Assembly: GCA_027460535.1 (NCBI GenBank)
Contig: JAPZAR010000027.1
Location: forward strand, 270,001 to 302,000
Direction: 5' to 3'
Length of the DNA: 32,000 bases
DNA from: Candidatus Methanoperedens sp.
Lineage (GTDB): Archaea > Halobacteriota > Methanosarcinia > Methanosarcinales > Methanoperedenaceae
Shown here piece after piece: positions 28,248-32,000 of this stretch. The translations under genes and the position numbers were made by a program. The notes below the pieces were generated by a model that saw only the letters and a program-made list of their open reading frames with translations, was not told where the DNA came from and searched no databases. How positions within the stretch are numbered: the first letter of the stretch is position 1; each line of letters starts with the position of its first letter.

Positions 28248-28348
28248 GGAGTACAGAGAAAGTAGCAAAGAATCAACCACAGAGGACACAGAGTTCACAG
28301 AGAGATGTTGTTTTATCTCTGTGTCCTCCGTGCTCTCTGTGGTTTTTT
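28248..28348. repeat. ~100-bp block with long nested inverted repeat, replacing the motif IV region of copy A
   Basis: The arm aaccacagaggacacagag (28275-28293) faces ctctgtgtcctc[cgtgctct]ctgtggtt (28317-28344). An inner stem is cacagagat/atctctgtg. There is no counterpart in copy B, which has 85 nt encoding ...DLIATHPPYA here. Confidence 0.8.
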
Positions 28349-28508
28349 ATCTCATGCGTCTGATACTCTGAATCGAGCGGCATGTAAACAAAATCCAGCA
28401 TGTTGCGCGCCACCATGACAGCATCAGGATTGATATCCACGCCCACGGGGCGCCAGGAGTTTGCATTCCATCAAAGCTTCCTGAAAAAATGCGGTATTTT
28501 GGAAAAAA

Positions 28509-28668
28509 AACCGCAGATGAAGGCGCCCAGAGTCACGAGCCTCCCGAGTCGCGCCTCGGGAGGGCGCGTCCACGTATGCCTTCAGGGCATACGTGTTGTT
28601 TGGGAGTCGAGAACCGTTAGGTTTCGGTCTGAGAACCCGCAGGGTTTCGGCATGATGAACGCAGATTT
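28509..28668. repeat. 160-bp composite hairpin element inside methyltransferase copy A
   Basis: The left 29 nt (28509-28537) are identical to 26597-26625, and the right 38 nt (28631-28668) are identical to 26678-26715. Internal hairpins lie at 28543-28560, 28571-28595, 28612-28625 and 28633-28647. Confidence 0.85.
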
Positions 28669-29010
28669 GCTGTTACATAGGAGGTAATCCCCCCATGCCG
28701 GCCATCTGGTCCAGCACAAGCTCGCCGGGCTGGGTATAGCGCAGGATGAGGTTGCGCGGGATGTAGGGGGACCAGTTGCCCCTGTAGTTCCCAACGTGCG
28801 TCGCCCAGTCGCAGCGGTCGGAGAAGCTCCAGACCTTGGTGGTTTCTGGGGTGAAGGTGGAGGGGGCGAAAAATCTACCCTTATCGGCATCTTCAAGCTT
28901 AGTGAATGGTAATCGTTATGCAGCAGGAAAAAGAATATACACAATACAGGATAAATAAAAATAATATAAGATCTTATAATAACAAATCGCAAAACCATAA
29001 GGAGTTCATA

Positions 29011-29205
29011 ATGACGGAAGCAGAGATAATTGATGCAATTTATGACAACGGGGTTCTTAAACCTTTAAAAAAGATCGAACCATATGAAGGCAAGATAATA
29101 GAGATACGCATACGGAAAGTGGAAAATATTTTGAGAGAAACTTCTGGAATATTCAAAGGAAAATACAATAAGAAAATGAGATATGAAATGTATGATACTC
29201 ATTGA
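29011..29205 (+). CDS. DUF104-type antitoxin
   Basis: MTEAEIIDAIYDNGVLKPLKKI... matches the archaeal DUF104 pattern (AxYENGVLKPL). It overlaps the downstream PIN gene. Confidence 0.65.
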   Translation: MTEAEIIDAIYDNGVLKPLKKIEPYEGKIIEIRIRKVENILRETSGIFKGKYNKKMRYEMYDTH

Positions 29206-29635
29206 TTCGTCTGTTTTCCTGAAACATTTTCTTGAAGGTGATGCAAAAGCGCATGATTTTTTGAAAAACGCTAAAGACAAAGCGGTTATTTGTGATATTA
29301 TTGTAAATGAAGTTATATATATTTTAATGAAACAATACGTTGTCAATAGATACGATTTAAAACACTACGATGCTATTGATCATCTCAAGAAACCAGATAT
29401 TTTCCAGGAAGCATTTGACAATGCGCTTGTTTTTATAAAATTGATAAAAGCCATTGATTGCGAAGTACTACCCGATGCGAGATACTTTGAAATGATGGAT
29501 ATTATGGGAAAATATAACCTTCTTCCGAATGATGCTTTGATCGCTGCGACATGCAGAGCCTATGGAATATCCAGGGTTGCATCTTTTGACAGCGATTTAA
29601 AAAATTTGGATTTCATAGAGCTTATTGAATTATAA
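29183..29635 (+). CDS. vapC: PIN-domain toxin
   Basis: ILIDSSVF, NEV, LLPNDALIAA and SFDSD supply the four acidic PIN positions. An alternative start is ATG 29192. Confidence 0.8.
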   Translation: MKCMILIDSSVFLKHFLEGDAKAHDFLKNAKDKAVICDIIVNEVIYILMKQYVVNRYDLKHYDAIDHLKKPDIFQEAFDNALVFIKLIKAIDCEVLPDARYFEMMDIMGKYNLLPNDALIAATCRAYGISRVASFDSDLKNLDFIELIEL

Positions 29636-30065
29636 TTAAAAGTCATTGTATGGATTGAGCAGACACTGGAGTCCGGGGGGTGTTAGGGGAAGGTGAGAAT
29701 AACATCTGAAACGCCTACCACCACTTCATGCTCTCCCTGAACCTCGTCACCCTCTCCCCCGCATCCGGCTTCCTGAACACATAGAGGTGCTCATGCCCTA
29801 TCAGATAGAAGTCATATTTTTTCCCGAACCACTTCTCCCTTGTGCTCTTCATCTTCCACTGCAGCTTGATTATATCCTCGCGCAGGATGAGCCCTGCCTC
29901 AAGAAAGCTCATCAGCACCCGCGGCGTGATGGGCACGAAATGCTTGTTGCGCCGCGTATCGCCTATCAGGATGGCGCAGTGCTTATTGGGCTTGAGCACG
30001 CGCATGCATTCAAGCGCGACTTTCCGCATCTCCTCGGCAAACTCAGCGATGTTGTGCACGCTTGA

Positions 30066-30128
30066 AAGCCGAAACTTCGGCTTGCGCAGTGTTGGGGTAT
30101 GCTTTGCATACCCCTCGTTTGATAAAAA
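30066..30128. repeat. Hairpin module inside methyltransferase copy B (two of the three hairpins of copy A)
   Basis: Hairpins at 30066-30083 (aagccgaa/ac/ttcggctt) and 30094-30114 (ggggtatgc/ttt/gcatacccc). The third hairpin is absent and an A5 run (30124-30128) remains. Confidence 0.8.
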
Positions 30129-30397
30129 GGTCGCCCTCGCGATCATGGGAATAGGGGATGATGCTGGCATAGGGAGGGTGGGTGGCGATGAGGTCAACGG
30201 ACTCGCTCTCTATCAGGTCAAGCGAGCGCGCGTCTCCCGTGTATGTCCTGATCTCAGGTACTTTATACTCGGCATCCAGCGGCTTGTAAACAAAATCCAG
30301 CCTGTTGCGCGCCACCATGACAGCATCCGGGTTGATATCCACACCCACGGGGCGCCAGGAGCTTGCATTCCACCAGAGTTGTGCCTGAGCCCATCAT

Positions 30398-30531
30398 CCC
30401 GAGTCGCGCCTCGGGAGGGCGCAGACACGTCAACCGTTGCGCCAGTTGACGTCGCACACACGTATGGCTCCGCCATACGTGGATATCGCTGCGCGATATG
30501 CCCGCAGGGCATACGTGGATTCCCGCTTACG
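30398..30531. repeat. 134-bp hairpin-module insertion splitting the SAM-binding motif of copy B
   Basis: It lies between codon D (30532-30534) and MMGSGTT (30397 downward). Hairpins are at 30398-30415, 30428-30451, 30459-30481, 30483-30499 and 30497-30513. Confidence 0.85.
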
Positions 30532-30926
30532 GTCAAGCACATGCTCGCCGGGCTGTGTATAGCGCAAAATGAGGTTGCGCGGGATGTATGGCGACCAGTT
30601 GCCCCTGTAATTCCCCACGTGCGTGGCCCAGTCGCCGCGGTCGGGGAAGGACCAGACTGTGGTGGTTTCGGGGGTGAAGGTGGAGGGGGCAAAATTTGAG
30701 ATCGTCCACTTCGGCTGGAGTTTTATTTTTGTTTCCCCGATTTCCACTTCCGTGTGGGATTGGAGGAAATGTTTGTAGTCAGTCCTTGTGATCTCGAACA
30801 AGGATCGATATTGATATGATTACTAATATATAAATTAATATGATCTAATTATGTGAATATAATTAAGTTGGAAGTAAGGTGTAAGTAAGTTATAATTAAA
30901 AAATCCGATTTAAGATCATTAATGCA

Positions 30927-31109
30927 TTATTTATTTTCAAAGATTCTCGTATATTTTAATATGGTTAATTTTCCTTCATTAGTAATTTCCAAAGAAAAAA
31001 CATCCCCCTCATTTATTTTATTTTCTTTGCAAACCTGTGTAGGTATTGTAATATCCAGAGAATCTGTACCGTGATGAGTGCGGGCTTTTACAGTGAATTT
31101 TTTACCCAT
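30927..31109 (-). CDS. AbrB/SpoVT-like small DNA-binding protein
   Basis: 60 aa. LDITIPTQVCKENKINEGDVFSLEI fits the swapped-hairpin AbrB pattern. It lies between the endonuclease and methyltransferase genes. Confidence 0.6.
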   Translation of the reverse strand: MGKKFTVKARTHHGTDSLDITIPTQVCKENKINEGDVFSLEITNEGKLTILKYTRIFENK

Positions 31110-31127
31110 GCTTTCTTAGTAATTTCA

Positions 31128-31155
31128 TGTACATAATTTATTTACTGTACATAAT
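31128..31155. promoter_or_regulatory. Two direct copies of tgtacataat upstream of the AbrB-like gene
   Basis: tgtacataat occurs at 31128-31137 and 31146-31155, which is 19-46 nt upstream of the ATG at 31109 on the minus strand. Confidence 0.35.
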
Positions 31156-31164
31156 GCACATCAT

Positions 31165-31668
31165 CTAATTTTCTGGAAGCAAACCTAACAAGAGTATTGG
31201 GACAGGAATTGGCAACAATTTAAAATATCGATATGCAAAGTCGAATTCAGCCATATTATTTACGCTAGCAGGGCGAGTTGGGAAAAACTCTTTTGGTGTT
31301 GTGGGAACAATCAAGACTGCCAAAGAAAGAAGATTTTTTGTCAATCCAAAATGAAATTTATAATAATCACGATAGATGGTTGCACTGTTTCCAAATTGAA
31401 TCTCTACAAAAACATCATTCTTTTGATAGTCTCCTATTAATTTTGGATTTTCATAAAGCACAGGTTGTGGCTGCCAATTATATTTGAAAAATTCAGCATC
31501 AAATGCTTTATTGTATGCTGTTTGATGTTTATACTCGGTGCCGTTTTGCTGAATTTCGAATTCAGGCTTCCATTTTACAGAATCTATGCATGAAAATATT
31601 TCTTGTACTTCATCGACATTACGAAGTAAGCGCGGACTGCAAAAAAAATACTCTTTCTTAAATTTCAT
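31165..31668 (-). CDS. BglII/BstYI-like type II restriction endonuclease
   Basis: 167 aa. IGDYQKNDVFVEIQFGN parallels the BglII catalytic segment (D...VEVQFSN) as recalled, and the C-terminal VPILLLGL parallels VPIRLVGL. The ORF is uninterrupted. Confidence 0.55.
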   Translation of the reverse strand: MKFKKEYFFCSPRLLRNVDEVQEIFSCIDSVKWKPEFEIQQNGTEYKHQTAYNKAFDAEFFKYNWQPQPVLYENPKLIGDYQKNDVFVEIQFGNSATIYRDYYKFHFGLTKNLLSLAVLIVPTTPKEFFPTRPASVNNMAEFDFAYRYFKLLPIPVPILLLGLLPEN

Positions 31669-31715
31669 GATTCAGTTATATATTTAAAAACGGATCAATC
31701 AAAAATATCAATTTC

Positions 31716-31730
31716 TGTACAATATGTACA
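31716..31730. promoter_or_regulatory. Near-palindromic tgtacaatatgtaca box upstream of the endonuclease gene
   Basis: Two TGTACA hexamers 3 nt apart lie 48-62 nt upstream of the ATG at 31668. A TATA-like tttaaatatata (31677-31688, minus strand) lies between the box and the gene. Confidence 0.35.
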
Positions 31731-31863
31731 TATGTTTGGTATCTTTTTTGAACTCCCTCGCCGGATTATAGGAAAATCTGGATATCGCAAAATACAGAAT
31801 ATAGTGACTAGATAATCTCATTACCACAATATGTATTAAGAAAATCAAAAATTTCGCTGCCCT

Positions 31864-32000
31864 TTACTCACCAAAGAATTCAATCTTTTGTAAATTATGC
31901 TCCTTCGCCAGAGTGTAGAGATTGATGAGCAGTTCATAAGTTCTTGCCCTGCAAATCCCTTTTATATCTCTGAAAAGACTGCGTCCGATCTCTTTATCAA
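31864..32000 (-). CDS. 3' end of an unidentified gene running off the window
   Basis: Open frame of 44 codons ending at TAA (31866-31864): ...DKEIGRSLFRDIKGICRARTYELLINLYTLAKEHNLQKIEFFGE. No function is recognised. Confidence 0.25.
   Translation of the reverse strand, partial: DKEIGRSLFRDIKGICRARTYELLINLYTLAKEHNLQKIEFFGE

Larger units (their letters stand above)
27777..28875 (-). pseudogene. SAM-dependent DNA methyltransferase-like gene, copy A (5'-truncated, multiply disrupted)
   Basis: Colinear with copy B. It shares the C-terminal 130 aa (RVLKPNKHCAILIGDTRRNKHF...). The catalytic-motif region is replaced at 28248-28348, there is a 204-nt insertion at 28472-28675, and the first ~35 codons are missing. 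Confidence 0.8.
29715..30801 (-). pseudogene. SAM-dependent DNA methyltransferase-like gene, copy B (full length but interrupted)
   Basis: There are four reading-frame pieces. Piece one is TTG 30801-30532 (...NWSPYIPRNLILRYTQPGEHVLD). Piece two is 30397-30356 (MMGSGTTLVECKLL, SAM motif). Piece three is ~30348-30124 (VGVDINPDAV...DLIATHPPYASIIPYSHDREGDL). Piece four is ~30120-29715 (SNEGYAKH...RVLKPNKHCAILIGD...). The DNA (rather than RNA) target is inferred from the adjacent endonuclease gene. Confidence 0.8.

Noticed and set aside
28616-28622. GTTAGGT (integron attC R'-like core), and the idea that the island is an integron cassette array
   Set aside because: The match is a single 7-mer inside a hairpin. 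No integrase or attI is visible, cassette orientations are mixed, and the palindromic elements do not sit at every cassette boundary.
30398-30531. Inserts in the methyltransferase as RNA-spliced (bulge-helix-bulge) introns or inteins that would leave a functional gene
   Set aside because: Removing the 134-nt insert alone does not restore a continuous frame, because further lesions remain at 30349-30355 and 30124-30128. Copy A has lost the catalytic motif entirely, and the inserts are non-coding palindromes rather than intein sequence. I could not identify a BHB motif by eye, though RNA data would be needed to exclude one completely.
29842-30699. 285-aa + strand ORF, the 159-aa minus-strand ORF at 30213..30692, and the 138-aa ORF at 28582..28998
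   Set aside because: These are alternative or antisense frames of the GC-rich methyltransferase remnants. Their translations are Pro/Arg/Gly-rich low-complexity sequence with no motifs, whereas the methyltransferase motifs read clearly in the other frames.
31716-31730. TGTACA as the recognition sequence of the restriction-modification system
   Set aside because: TGTACA occurs at unremarkable frequency elsewhere in the window (for example 757-762 and 1884-1889), so there is no avoidance signal. The paired arrangement in promoter regions fits an operator better. Specificity cannot be read from the sequence.

Overview
This is an archaeal chromosomal window; gene content suggests a euryarchaeal methanogen or ANME-like organism. 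All calls come from reading the sequence and ORF translations by eye, and no database search was run. Positions ~250-25,300 look like ordinary core genome. They carry two HhH-GPD glycosylase-type genes, a radical-SAM gene, a KaiC-like ATPase, argD-hisC, a Fap7-like kinase, a nitroreductase, a USP, ogt and tRNA-Arg(GCG). They also carry the conserved aIF2gamma/PIN/Rpo7/Spt4/DUF359/S24e/S27ae cluster, the four-subunit pyruvate:ferredoxin oxidoreductase operon, an MNT/HEPN pair, PII and an mqnA-like gene. The remaining core genes are a cupredoxin lipoprotein, a surface protein with a MacB-type ABC transporter, a Cam-type gamma carbonic anhydrase fused to RidA, and queC. Positions ~25,300-32,000 are a compositionally mosaic accessory island. 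It holds four toxin-antitoxin-type cassettes: VapBC, a small antitoxin-like gene plus a YgiT zinc ribbon, DUF433 with a frameshifted DUF5615, and DUF104/PIN. It also holds a type II restriction-modification locus with an apparently intact BglII-like endonuclease, an AbrB-like small gene and two tandem decayed methyltransferase copies. The most unusual signal is a family of short, perfectly palindromic hairpin modules (6-10 bp stems, 2-6 nt loops) concatenated in varying orders. They occur at 22-254 and 26,500-26,890, and also inside both methyltransferase copies. One run inside copy A is translated in frame. Other inserts split the SAM-binding motif at two different positions, and another replaces the catalytic motif. 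Stems co-vary between copies, and one module keeps an interleaved, pseudoknot-like arrangement. No CRISPR array, rRNA, transposase or integrase was seen.
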